A stretch of DNA of 64,000 bases from a virus (IMGVR_UViG_3300034417_000033:32001-96000), one strand, 5' to 3'. Positions 38,660 through 48,637 are shown, counted from the stretch's first letter. Notes: generated by a model not told the origin, from the sequence alone. Translations and numbers: made by a program.

Positions 38660-40216
38660 TTAACAGAAAACCAATGGCATCGGTGCATCGTAGTCATCAA
38701 AGTCGTCACCAATGTTACTGTTTATCTGACTTAACGTCTTATCATCCCACATGCTTATATACTGTGCCATTCTAATAAACAAGATTGTTGACATTACTAA
38801 GTCATCTGTACATCCGCCTTTAGCTTGGAATGTATTCCCGACGCCAATGAATGTTTTTAGTTCGCTAAGCAAATTACCAGAATTGATTTTTAACTTACCT
38901 GTCTCGACCAACGATTTCATTTTAGAACATGCTTCTAATTTACTTTTGTTTGTAGTAATAAAGCCCATACGTTTTCTGCCAGAAGCATTTGTGTTTCTTA
39001 CAGGATCGTGCAACATTGTTCCTGGGAAGTTTTCTTCACCTGTATCTCTCACAACAACAAGTGCAGCTTCGCCCAATGTGTTAGCTTCAATTGACCAATA
39101 CAACTCTGGCTTTCCTTTGCTCTCGATATCCTTTAATAGACTCATAAGTATTTTCATCTGCCCTTCAATTGCAGTCTTATTGTGTTGCCACTCTGCAACT
39201 TGAATCATTGAAGGTAGTTCCCATACTTGTATTGCAGCATTGTCCCCGCCGGTTCCCATACTCGGATCTAAGGCAACAACATATGTCTTAGTAGAGTCAA
39301 TGTCTTTATACCATCGTATTTGAGATTCTTTTCTAATAGGCTGAGACCCTCTCATGCCAGCGAGGATGATTGAATCAATTAGTGTCTCTTCGAAGATAAT
39401 GAACTTACACTCATGTTCCCGCTGGAATCGTTCTTCTCCAATTTTACCACGTTCTTCACTTGCCCATTGTTCACCTCTATCTGGATGTCTTCTCCAGTCT
39501 GCGATGTATGGCACAAATCCATTAATTCCTGCAGGAGTTTCATTACCATACTCATCAAGACGCATGTTAGCCTTGCGCCAAATATCAGCAAATGTATCTT
39601 CGTCAGAGTTGGGAGTGCTTGTAATAATAGCTTTACCACCAGTTGACAACGTAGGTGACAAAGATGTCCATAGTTCTTTAGCAACACGTTGTTCAACGAA
39701 CGCAAACTCATCCATGTAAACAAGTGTAATAGACATACCACGACCAGTATTTTCTGTAGTTGTTGCAGAAACAATACGTGAGCCGTTATCAAATATAATG
39801 GATTGCTTGTTGTACTCTGCTGCTCCAGCTCTAATATGATCCGGTAATTCCTCATACGCAAATCGTATACGAATCATAATTTCACGGGAGTCGCCACCGG
39901 ACTTAGAAGCAACAAGGATAGTAGAATCTCGCACAAACATTGCATACCACAGTAAATATGCAGCAGCTACCGTTGTCTTACCTAACTGACGTCCAGTTAA
40001 TGCAATTGCGTACCTGTTATTATGAAATACGTCAATCATCTCTTTTTGGTATTCATACGGCTCAAATTTCATTCGCCCCTTAACAGGATGCTGAACGTAA
40101 ATAAAGTTTTCCATGAAGTACAACGGCGATTCCATGCACTTCTGTAGTTCTTCAGCTTTCTGCTTGGTATAATTTACCTTAGATCGTGCTTTTTTAATTA
40201 AATCTGTGTTGGCCAT
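38660..40216 (-). CDS. terL: Terminase large subunit (gp17-like)
   Basis: YQ motif, RQLGKTT, YMDEFAF, ITSTPN, LDPSMG.GGD, DDLVM. Confidence 0.97.
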   Translation of the reverse strand: MANTDLIKKARSKVNYTKQKAEELQKCMESPLYFMENFIYVQHPVKGRMKFEPYEYQKEMIDVFHNNRYAIALTGRQLGKTTVAAAYLLWYAMFVRDSTILVASKSGGDSREIMIRIRFAYEELPDHIRAGAAEYNKQSIIFDNGSRIVSATTTENTGRGMSITLVYMDEFAFVEQRVAKELWTSLSPTLSTGGKAIITSTPNSDEDTFADIWRKANMRLDEYGNETPAGINGFVPYIADWRRHPDRGEQWASEERGKIGEERFQREHECKFIIFEETLIDSIILAGMRGSQPIRKESQIRWYKDIDSTKTYVVALDPSMGTGGDNAAIQVWELPSMIQVAEWQHNKTAIEGQMKILMSLLKDIESKGKPELYWSIEANTLGEAALVVVRDTGEENFPGTMLHDPVRNTNASGRKRMGFITTNKSKLEACSKMKSLVETGKLKINSGNLLSELKTFIGVGNTFQAKGGCTDDLVMSTILFIRMAQYISMWDDKTLSQINSNIGDDFDDYDAPMPLVFC

Positions 40217-40926
40217 GATAACATGTACTCCTGTTCAAAGTGTTCCTTCCCAATCACCTGCTTATTTTTTTCTATCCAGTTGACAGGCTGATTATATAAA
40301 TCGGAAGTTTTTATTTCTACTAATTGAAAAGGAGTTTCACGACCTTTTAATTTTTCTATTAATGCTTCGTGTGGATCTTCAGAACGTCTAGACTGTTCTA
40401 CCTTTTCGTGCAGCCAAGAATCCTCTGCTATGTCACCATTTGCAGTAATAACAATTTTGGCACCGCGCAATAAACATGGATATACAGATGCAATCATACG
40501 TTCTTGAGTAGGAGCAGAATAGTAATTAAAATTATCTAATAAAAGCGACCTAAGACTTATGCCACGCATTGCGTTTATTGAGTCAAAAGCAAATATGTGA
40601 GAACCGTTTGTAAAACTAATTTGGCTACCACTGTGATGCACTAGTTGGGAGGCTAAAGCAGAATCTCCACGAACTACATCTCGAATAGCATCTAACATGT
40701 GCCAGGGTTTCATAGACAGTACACCAATACACTGCCCTGGATTAAGAAGACTAGAAGCAATGGCGTTAAGAGTAAGACAAGTGGTTATGCCTGCGCGCCT
40801 AGTATGGTGCACAATTACTCTGTTGTGCGTATCAATCGCACTGAGGATTTTTTCTTGATTCGGAGTAGGCTGAAATTCGCCATGGCCGTTAATAGATAAT
40901 CGTTTGATTAAAGAGTTTGTATTCAT
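40198..40926 (-). CDS. Degenerate terminase ATPase-domain paralogue
   Basis: Colinear with the TerL N-domain but has RRAGITT and LLDNF; no nuclease domain. Confidence 0.8.
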   Translation of the reverse strand: MNTNSLIKRLSINGHGEFQPTPNQEKILSAIDTHNRVIVHHTRRAGITTCLTLNAIASSLLNPGQCIGVLSMKPWHMLDAIRDVVRGDSALASQLVHHSGSQISFTNGSHIFAFDSINAMRGISLRSLLLDNFNYYSAPTQERMIASVYPCLLRGAKIVITANGDIAEDSWLHEKVEQSRRSEDPHEALIEKLKGRETPFQLVEIKTSDLYNQPVNWIEKNKQVIGKEHFEQEYMLSWPTQI

Positions 40927-40932
40927 AACAAA

Positions 40933-40940
40933 TATTTATC
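40933..40940 (-). promoter_or_regulatory. Late promoter box GATAAATA
   Basis: 6 nt before ATG. Confidence 0.75.
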
Positions 40941-40974
40941 AAAAAAAATCCCACTAACTTACGGAAGTGGGATT
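40941..40974 (-). terminator. Intrinsic terminator
   Basis: AATCCCACT/AGTGGGATT stem plus T-tract. Confidence 0.8.
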
Positions 40975-40990
40975 ATTATGCTAATACATG

Positions 40991-43510
40991 TTATTTTTTG
41001 AAGTTTTTAAATGCTTCTTCTAATGTTTCACGGATTTGATCAATGTTAGTAGTGTAAGAATAATCTTCTTTCATACCAGTGTACATTGCATTATCGCCGT
41101 TCTGTGCAGCAGTTGGACCTGCTTTACGTGTTGGGTTACCAGTTGCGCCATTCGGGAAAATCTTTTTAGAACGATATTCGCCGGACGATGGTCTCTGACC
41201 GTAGTCGCCTGCTTGATAGCCTGCGTCGCCGCCCCAGTTTTCATCTTCTTCTTCAACTTGACCGCCTGTAACTTTTTTGTATACACGCATAAGTCTATCT
41301 AACGGCATATCAATAAGTTGATCTACGTCGTAGAATGCGTTAGAACCGGACATGCCGCTTTGTTGCAATTGATCAATGGTATCAATCAATTGTGATGGAT
41401 CAATAGAAGTGTTTAAGAAGCTGCTTTGTTGCTGTACTTCGCCAGCTGCGTCTGAATCAGAATCAAATCCGTCTTCGTCGCCCACATCAACGATGCCACC
41501 GGAAGTGCGCGGCGCTTCTTCAGCGTCATCTTCTTCATCGGCTTCATCTACTTCATATCTGTCGTCGGAATTATATTCTCTGCCTTCAGGCTCACGATTC
41601 ATATTATCCACAACATATTGCTCTAAATTGGCAAGAGCAGCAGGATCTAAACGATCAACAATTTCCTGTCCGTTTAGTTTCACACTGTAAACGTCTACTT
41701 TTTCGTCAGCACCTGGATAATCGTATGTTGCTGGTTCGTGTGGTTGAAGATCATACTCAACTTCAACCTCGTCATCTCCAAGTGGCGCTGTGATTCTGTT
41801 GACATTACTTTTAGGTGCTTCTTGGATTCCTGCTAGTTGCTTCATTCGTTGCATTTCTGGGTTCATTGTATTAATTCCTTGGTCTTGGTCTGGGATGTCA
41901 ACGTACATACAGTCGTCTTGTCCAGGCTGTGTTTGTTGTATTTGTTCATCATCGTCTGGAAGTTCTTGTATTTCAATGTCAAAATCTTCAGCAAAAGATT
42001 CTTCCATCGTACCTGAGTCTTCCAATTCGTCAAAAAACTTATCCGATACCCAAGTATGCGGATCTCCATCTCTTGCCTTAGCAATATTATACGGCATTTC
42101 GCCATTGTTATTATAGTGGTTAAATAAGAAATCATACAATGGGCTGTTGTCTTCTAATTCGCCAAATTCCCACATTTTTTGCACATCTTCTGGGAACAAC
42201 TCTTTAACGTGACTAATAAAGTCGCCTTCGGCTGGCTCTTCATCATCCTCCATCATTTCCCACAGCTCAGCGCCATCGTCTGCGTTAGCAAATGCACTGG
42301 AAATCTTATTAAGGGAATCTCTAGTGTGATTGCCAATTGCACTAATTTCAGGACTGGTCTGAGCAGGGATTTTAATTTCCGGTTCTGCTTGCCAACCCTG
42401 TGGTGCATCGGGGTGATATTCGTTGCCTTCAATTTCATTGTCTGGATCAGCAGGATCATAATATCTTGCTTCGTCTACTGCACCTTCTTCAGCATTGATT
42501 CTGCCAGTGTTGACATAGTCTTCCATATCATCAAATTCATCATCGGCGCCAGAGCGAGCATTTCTTACTTGTGGTGCATCAGTGCCGTGTACTCCACGCA
42601 TATATTTTAAATACTCGCGGGTATTACCAAAATCTGCATATGTTTTTTGCGGGGCAGCAGATTCTGTTAACTTAGTTTTTACGCCGGCTAATTTTAACAG
42701 GCGGCTTAGTTCGTTATCCATTGATTCTCCTAAGATCTTAGATTCTGTTGTGCGGGATTGCCCTTCAGACCAGCAGTCTCTAGCTGACACAGAAGTGTAC
42801 TCGTCTCCGTCGATATAATCTCCTTGAAAACCTTCGTCGCCGCCATATAAACGGAGTGTACTTCCAGAAATTTTATCAAGTCTGCCACATTGTTCGAAAT
42901 CACTTTTAAACCAAACAGTGTCTCCCACACTAACAACAGATCCGTCGCCAAGTTTAACTTTAGGTTTATTTGCTGAAGAAGTTTCAGCGCCTTTAGGATT
43001 CCACTCTCCAACAGGAGGAGTTCCAGAACCACTAACTAATAAAAATTTAGATGCAGGGTAATCGTACAAATTTGTCTTTTTACTGGCGCCAAATCTTCTA
43101 TCATATACAGTTTCCACTCTTGTAACAGTAATGGTGCCATCAGGCTGTATTCTTTTTATTGATCCAACAAAGCCAGCTGGAGCGTATTGAACTTCATTCC
43201 CAGTACGACCGTATTTGCCGTCGCCCAGTTTTGCCCAAGATACACCGTTAGCATCAACCCCTGCTGCGTTTTCCTCAGTTAACTGAGATTCTACAATTTT
43301 TTTAACTTCTATTTTCTTATCTGGGGATTTACGTTTATAACTATCTGCGATTCTATCAGCAGCATCTTTTCCCCAACGAGTGTCTTTTAACTTTCCGTCA
43401 ACATAAACACCGTGGCGAGTATCTGGATCTTCATGTGAGCTTGACATGCCTCCAGATTTCTTATCATACGCATACCCTTCGGATAGCTTACGGTTTAAGT
43501 CATCTGACAT
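40991..43510 (-). CDS. Large acidic modular internal head protein
   Basis: Many (L/V/I/M)xE(S/A/E/G) sites; RLLKLAGV and RMKQLAGI motifs. Confidence 0.7.
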   Translation of the reverse strand: MSDDLNRKLSEGYAYDKKSGGMSSSHEDPDTRHGVYVDGKLKDTRWGKDAADRIADSYKRKSPDKKIEVKKIVESQLTEENAAGVDANGVSWAKLGDGKYGRTGNEVQYAPAGFVGSIKRIQPDGTITVTRVETVYDRRFGASKKTNLYDYPASKFLLVSGSGTPPVGEWNPKGAETSSANKPKVKLGDGSVVSVGDTVWFKSDFEQCGRLDKISGSTLRLYGGDEGFQGDYIDGDEYTSVSARDCWSEGQSRTTESKILGESMDNELSRLLKLAGVKTKLTESAAPQKTYADFGNTREYLKYMRGVHGTDAPQVRNARSGADDEFDDMEDYVNTGRINAEEGAVDEARYYDPADPDNEIEGNEYHPDAPQGWQAEPEIKIPAQTSPEISAIGNHTRDSLNKISSAFANADDGAELWEMMEDDEEPAEGDFISHVKELFPEDVQKMWEFGELEDNSPLYDFLFNHYNNNGEMPYNIAKARDGDPHTWVSDKFFDELEDSGTMEESFAEDFDIEIQELPDDDEQIQQTQPGQDDCMYVDIPDQDQGINTMNPEMQRMKQLAGIQEAPKSNVNRITAPLGDDEVEVEYDLQPHEPATYDYPGADEKVDVYSVKLNGQEIVDRLDPAALANLEQYVVDNMNREPEGREYNSDDRYEVDEADEEDDAEEAPRTSGGIVDVGDEDGFDSDSDAAGEVQQQSSFLNTSIDPSQLIDTIDQLQQSGMSGSNAFYDVDQLIDMPLDRLMRVYKKVTGGQVEEEDENWGGDAGYQAGDYGQRPSSGEYRSKKIFPNGATGNPTRKAGPTAAQNGDNAMYTGMKEDYSYTTNIDQIRETLEEAFKNFKK

Positions 43511-44172
43511 TATTTGGTCTCCTTAGCAGGCGTCGACATCATTGTGTTCTTGCCTTTCTTGGGAGAATTCTCTGCTGCTGTTCTCCACATATCTTTTAAT
43601 GGACTATCTGTGCCAGGCTTGCCTTTCTCTTCGCCTGCAACTGTGTCTTTGTCTATCTTTTGCGCTGGAATTAAATCGTTAGTAACGATGTTTTCTTCTC
43701 TTTCCTTTTTAACTGTTTCTAGAGATTTAAGAAACGCGCTGTTGTATGCTTCGCCGTAAGCTGGCTCAGTTGTCCATTTTTCTGGGTTGCCCAATGCAGT
43801 GGGTTTGCCTGTGTTATCTTCCAACACGTCTTTAGTATATTGGTGACGTGGATCGTTAGCTGTATAAATGGCAACTGCATTCATTGGAATGCCGCCAACT
43901 TCAGCCACTTCTCTTAACAATGCGTCAGGAGTAACAGGGTATTGCAATGTTACATTAAAAATGTGAACTTCGCTATCTCTTACATTTGGGAAATCTAACG
44001 GGCTTTGTTGAATTGGTGTTTTCTTAACAGAAGACACATTTTTCAAATCATATTTTTTAAGTGCTTCTTCAATGTGCCCAACTTGCTCTTCTGCAAGGTC
44101 GTTCACTGCAATCTTAATTGTGAACTCGTAATCCTTTTTCAAGGCGTTAAAATAATCTACAAATCTCTTCAT
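43510..44172 (-). CDS. Conserved late/head protein
   Basis: MKRFVDYF start, TPIQ.SPLDFP; late box at 44203-44210. Confidence 0.75.
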   Translation of the reverse strand: MKRFVDYFNALKKDYEFTIKIAVNDLAEEQVGHIEEALKKYDLKNVSSVKKTPIQQSPLDFPNVRDSEVHIFNVTLQYPVTPDALLREVAEVGGIPMNAVAIYTANDPRHQYTKDVLEDNTGKPTALGNPEKWTTEPAYGEAYNSAFLKSLETVKKEREENIVTNDLIPAQKIDKDTVAGEEKGKPGTDSPLKDMWRTAAENSPKKGKNTMMSTPAKETK

Positions 44173-44215
44173 AAGGATTCCTATTATTGTATAATCTTAC
44201 ACTATTTATCAGAAT

Positions 44216-44740
44216 TTAAAAGAAAGTAGAAAAATCCGATAGCTTGTATTTAAGCCCAACTTTGTTTGCTTTTTTAATTGCTCGCTCTAACTTTAGCTTA
44301 GATACTGCTTCTAAAAATACATGACCTTCTAAATGCTCGTGCTCATGCAAAAACACCCTGGCGTCAAAGCCTTGCAATTCAAAATGTTGCTTATCGCCTT
44401 TAACATCAAAACATTCAACAATTACGCCTAACGGACGCTCAACTTCAATAAACAATCCGGGAAAGCTCAAACAACCTTCATATTCAATATCTTGTTGTTC
44501 AGATGTTTCTATAATTACTGGATTAAATAAGCATGTGGCGCTCTTTTCTGTGCCCATTGCAAAAACACGCTTGTTATATCCTACTTGATTTGCTGCTAGG
44601 CCTAACCCTCTACTACGAACCATTATAGAAGTTAATGTTTGCTCTAACAGTTCTGGCTCTATATCAGGATTGGAAAAATCAAAATCGTCTAATGTAGTTT
44701 TTAAAATGTCTGATTTATAATCAACAAATGAGAAATTCAC
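44216..44740 (-). CDS. def: Peptide deformylase
   Basis: GLGLAANQVG, EGCLSFP, HEHEHLEG. Confidence 0.95.
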   Translation of the reverse strand: MNFSFVDYKSDILKTTLDDFDFSNPDIEPELLEQTLTSIMVRSRGLGLAANQVGYNKRVFAMGTEKSATCLFNPVIIETSEQQDIEYEGCLSFPGLFIEVERPLGVIVECFDVKGDKQHFELQGFDARVFLHEHEHLEGHVFLEAVSKLKLERAIKKANKVGLKYKLSDFSTFF

Positions 44741-45231
44741 TTTGTCAGCTTTCCTTTGGCTATCATGTCTAACAACTCATTTCTATCAAACTCGTTGTTT
44801 GTGTCAGGCGTGGTCGCAGGATCTTTCTTGGATATGTCGTGATCTAGTTTTGCTTTTTTCAATTGTAGCTCAATAGTTTTTAGTTTTCGTTGCACTTTTG
44901 CATCTTTGGCAGTTAGTGCAGTGTTGAGCATGTTTGCTGCAACTTCGTATATTTTAGACATGTGTGCTTCTGGAACATTTAGTCCAAGCTGACACAGCTC
45001 ATTATACGACTCTATTGCCTTTTTTGCAATATCGTCCATTTCCACATCATGTTCACTAAGATTAGTTACAGTATTTAGAGCTAGGTCAATTTTTTCTATT
45101 GCAGTAATAGAGTTAGCAATTTCCACAGTGTGTTCGATAATTTCCTCTGCGCGATGAACAGACTCTTCTGGAGTTAACTCCACATCTTCTGAAGGTGCGA
45201 GATTGAACAGTGATTCGAGTTTCGTTGTCAT
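44737..45231 (-). CDS. Helical protein, possible terminase small subunit
   Basis: Helical profile, ..YEVA..ML, DRNELL; morphogenesis context (inference). Confidence 0.5.
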   Translation of the reverse strand: MTTKLESLFNLAPSEDVELTPEESVHRAEEIIEHTVEIANSITAIEKIDLALNTVTNLSEHDVEMDDIAKKAIESYNELCQLGLNVPEAHMSKIYEVAANMLNTALTAKDAKVQRKLKTIELQLKKAKLDHDISKKDPATTPDTNNEFDRNELLDMIAKGKLTK

Positions 45232-45243
45232 ACATTTCCTTTT

Positions 45244-45669
45244 TTAAGAATTGTGCCAGATATCAGATTCAGTAATGACTCTAAATTTTAGACCATTAGC
45301 TTTGCAATATGCTTGAGCAGCTTGCCATTTAGCGGCATTAATTGCAAGTTTTATTTTGGAACGTGCAGATTTAGCTTCTGACAGATATGTCTCTTTCTTA
45401 GGCTTTATTTCTACAATTTCAGCAATCTGTTTTTTGTGTTTGTCCTCGTATACTACAAGGAAGTCTGGCACATACACAGTGTATTTATTCAGGATGGGAT
45501 TGAAGTACCGTATTCTTATGGGTTCACTTGCCCAAGATACGATGTTAGGATTATCATCAAAAAAGCGCATCACAGTATATTCCCACGATGAGCGATAATA
45601 AGGTTGCGTTTTTCCAGTGTATTTTGCAGGGTTCTTAACTTGGTAGAAACCTTTGAGTGTATTACTCAT
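45244..45669 (-). CDS. Head completion nuclease (T4 gp4 / TnsA-like)
   Basis: YRSSWE, WASE, YVPDF, VEIKP, AKW.AA, FRVITE. Confidence 0.93.
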   Translation of the reverse strand: MSNTLKGFYQVKNPAKYTGKTQPYYRSSWEYTVMRFFDDNPNIVSWASEPIRIRYFNPILNKYTVYVPDFLVVYEDKHKKQIAEIVEIKPKKETYLSEAKSARSKIKLAINAAKWQAAQAYCKANGLKFRVITESDIWHNS

Positions 45670-46115
45670 ATAAGAAGCTCTCTACTTCTGTAAGATGCAG
45701 TGTTATCGTTAGTTACTAAAATTGTAGTTCTTGAAGAATTTGCACGGAACAAGTTCATATAAACATGAGCATACAAATCCATATCTACATAGTCACTGCT
45801 GTTAGTGCTATATAAAACTTTGTTTATTGGGATGCCGCGAAACTTAGCAGAATCTATTGCAACAAGTGCCATTGCTTGTGCTGCTGTTTCAGACGAGCCA
45901 TGCTGCAAAAAATATGCTAATGCAGAATGATAGTCTTCAACAGACAGGCTTCCCGGAGTCAATGTTATGTCACTAAGTGTCACACTAGCAGGTTGAGTTG
46001 CTTTTTCTGATCCGGATGAATTTTGAAAAGTGTTTACAAATTTGCCGTCTTGGTACTGGACATTCTTTCTAGCGCCCTGTCTTTTTAATATGTCTGTACT
46101 AAAACGATTTATCAT
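45666..46115 (-). CDS. Hypothetical structural protein
   Basis: Packed in the tail/head operon. Confidence 0.7.
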   Translation of the reverse strand: MINRFSTDILKRQGARKNVQYQDGKFVNTFQNSSGSEKATQPASVTLSDITLTPGSLSVEDYHSALAYFLQHGSSETAAQAMALVAIDSAKFRGIPINKVLYSTNSSDYVDMDLYAHVYMNLFRANSSRTTILVTNDNTASYRSRELLI

Positions 46116-46628
46116 TTAGTTATGTCCATAGCTAATGTTGCTGTGTAATATTAACTCGAGTGCGGAATGCAATGCTAATCCAGACAAATGCTGCTTTAAC
46201 CAACGTGCTGCAAGTTTATTTACTATTTTTTCGTTCGCATAAATCTTGCCACGGCTTCTCGAATGGAGCCAAGCATGGTACGCCTCATGTGCCGCAGTTG
46301 CGACATCTTTTGCGTCACGGCTGTCCAAGTTAGGGACTCCGAGAGATCCTCCAATATCATCTGGGCTAGAATCATCACTGTTAAACAAAGGCCAAGGAGA
46401 AGAATACACATAATACTGGCCAGGGCTAAAATCTTCGTCATCCCTGACAATATTTTGTTTACCAAGTATATCACAAATAACATCGTACGATGTCCAATCT
46501 GTAGGTGCTTTTGTGTTATCTGATTTTTCATTATGTAGCCACTTTGTTTCTGGATCGCCATCCCAGCCTGCTCTTCGCATCGCATCGTCGGACAAATCAT
46601 ACTCTAAAAGGAGTTCGGTCAACCTCAT
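46116..46628 (-). CDS. HExxH putative Zn-metalloprotease with head-targeting-like N-terminus
   Basis: MRLTELLLE; AAHEAYH...NE. Confidence 0.6.
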   Translation of the reverse strand: MRLTELLLEYDLSDDAMRRAGWDGDPETKWLHNEKSDNTKAPTDWTSYDVICDILGKQNIVRDDEDFSPGQYYVYSSPWPLFNSDDSSPDDIGGSLGVPNLDSRDAKDVATAAHEAYHAWLHSRSRGKIYANEKIVNKLAARWLKQHLSGLALHSALELILHSNISYGHN

Positions 46629-47995
46629 GGTTTTTTCCTAAACACATCTATCACGTCGCCAACTGCTGCTTTTGCTGTTGATGCGAACACCCTAGTTGCA
46701 ACACCCTTGGTTTCACCAATTGCATTGTGGACTAGCTCCCTCTTAATATTTTGGACATTAATAGGATTTTTAAACTTACCAGTAAGAATACTTGCACCTA
46801 CTGCATTACCTATTTGTCCCGGAATGTCGTTAATGATGTTTCCGATATTCCGTTCTAAGTTGCCTAACACGCTCAAATCTGGCTTGCCTGGTAAACCAGT
46901 TACATTAACTGCTGGCTCAAATGGATCTCTCCATCTCTCATGGAAGTCAGGCTTGTTAGGTGCATACCCATCCAATTCTGAAAATTGACCATATTGATAC
47001 ACACCCTTTGCCAACTCATCAAATATAGAATCAGTAAAGGCCATGTTGTAGTTCATGTATTGTGAACGTTCATACTCTATGCCGAACGTCATTTCTGTTA
47101 AATCGTTTTTATCATATCTTAACGTGTCATGCTTAAACGAAGTAATCCTAGGATTAATTAGCGTTACTGCGGAAAATCTTCCGCCATGAACTTGAAATAT
47201 ATCGATGTTTTTTATCAGTTGCTTATTGTTTTGTACAGTCTCCATATTATAGCCATATGAAGAATCAAAATCTATTTGCAACGTGTCGTCAGTATCTGGC
47301 GGTGTAGCATGTAAGTGCTTAATATCATATGAAGGTCCGCCTGTTTTTGGATCGGTTACTACTAAGTTATCTTTAAAATAATACTCGTAGTACATTTCCC
47401 AAAGACGCAATGTTTTTCCGTCAACAACATCGTGCATAGTTAATGCAATAGGTTCGTAATGCACTTTTGTTTGAGCAATACGCTTTCTATTGTATTGATT
47501 AAGAATCGTAGTATCTACAGTTGCTGATGGCATATCTACAGACTTAACTAACGGAATAAGCATTGCTTGCTCACTAGTATTTAAGTATCTCTGTACAAAC
47601 TTAGTACCGTTAGCACAGCGAACGTTATCGTTAAATATGAATCTTACAAAATACTGGAACGACAGTCTAGGAGTGTTATCTTGGTAGTAAGTGCTTTTAG
47701 TGCCAAAGTTCCAGGCTGCATGTTTGGAGTCGTCAAAATACGTTGTGCCTCCACCAAACAGCCCATTACCTAAACCACCCAATAATTTATGAGAAAGGTC
47801 ATTGGCTAATTTCCCGCCAAGTTTCCCAATGTTATTTGCAACGTTAGTGCCAATATTGCCGACAGCGTTACCAAGGGCGTTTTGTCCAGTATCTATTAGA
47901 CTAGCGCCTTTGGATTCTGCCGCACTTAAAAGACTGGCGCCCTTAGCCGAAATATCAGCTTGGGCTTGACTAAAGAGTTCACCAAATCCAGTCAT
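46625..47995 (-). CDS. Tail-tube-fold baseplate protein (gp48/gp54-like)
   Basis: VKSVDMP, NQYNRKR, Y.PI..T.HD; follows the tube gene. Confidence 0.75.
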   Translation of the reverse strand: MTGFGELFSQAQADISAKGASLLSAAESKGASLIDTGQNALGNAVGNIGTNVANNIGKLGGKLANDLSHKLLGGLGNGLFGGGTTYFDDSKHAAWNFGTKSTYYQDNTPRLSFQYFVRFIFNDNVRCANGTKFVQRYLNTSEQAMLIPLVKSVDMPSATVDTTILNQYNRKRIAQTKVHYEPIALTMHDVVDGKTLRLWEMYYEYYFKDNLVVTDPKTGGPSYDIKHLHATPPDTDDTLQIDFDSSYGYNMETVQNNKQLIKNIDIFQVHGGRFSAVTLINPRITSFKHDTLRYDKNDLTEMTFGIEYERSQYMNYNMAFTDSIFDELAKGVYQYGQFSELDGYAPNKPDFHERWRDPFEPAVNVTGLPGKPDLSVLGNLERNIGNIINDIPGQIGNAVGASILTGKFKNPINVQNIKRELVHNAIGETKGVATRVFASTAKAAVGDVIDVFRKKP

Positions 47996-48007
47996 TTAAT
48001 ATTCCTA

Positions 48008-48637
48008 TTATGCACTGAAGCCAGCGGAAGAAGCTACGCCTTTGAAGATATCTGTAATACCAGCCGAGAATGGATCTCCGCCAACTGTTGGAACAACACT
48101 TGCGCCAGCCAATTGAGTTGCGTTATCATAGCAAATTGTTAATTCATAAAGAGACTGTTTGCTATCTGCATAATCGCCTTCTTGTGTTTTAACTTCTGTT
48201 AACCAGCAACCTTCTACGTTCCAATACTCTAATGGATCACCGTGTGTACCATCTAAGGATTGAATTTCCAATCTGAACTTGTAATCAGCTGCGGAAATAG
48301 CACTTGTTTGTTCAAAGTGGTTAACTTGTTTCTGCATTTGCGCGCCTACTGCTGCTGCTACGCTGTTTTGCAAATCATCACGAATAGAAATAGTGATAGT
48401 GTTCCACTTATGCTTTCCACCAATCTTAACGGTCGAATTGTAAGAATGTATTTCTACAGGGTCTTGTGTGTATGTTGGGCGAGCAACTTTTTCCACGTTT
48501 TGTGTAAGCTCTCTTAGTAGATCACCTTTGCCGAAACCGTCAAAAATAACTCTAAAGCGGTAGTTCAATTTCGGCATTAAAATGCCGCCTGGTCCGCCTA
48601 CGGTTGGGTGAATACCAAATTTAGAAAAATCTGACAT
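48008..48637 (-). CDS. Tail tube protein (gp19-like)
   Basis: LMPKL.YRFRV, GKHKW..I....RDD, E.W...GC, L.I.YDNA; late box at 48675-48682. Confidence 0.9.
   Translation of the reverse strand: MSDFSKFGIHPTVGGPGGILMPKLNYRFRVIFDGFGKGDLLRELTQNVEKVARPTYTQDPVEIHSYNSTVKIGGKHKWNTITISIRDDLQNSVAAAVGAQMQKQVNHFEQTSAISAADYKFRLEIQSLDGTHGDPLEYWNVEGCWLTEVKTQEGDYADSKQSLYELTICYDNATQLAGASVVPTVGGDPFSAGITDIFKGVASSAGFSA

Noticed and set aside
13185-40216. Introns, inteins or homing endonucleases in nrdA, nrdB, helicase, uvsX or terL
   Set aside because: Proteins are of normal length and continuous, with no splice motifs
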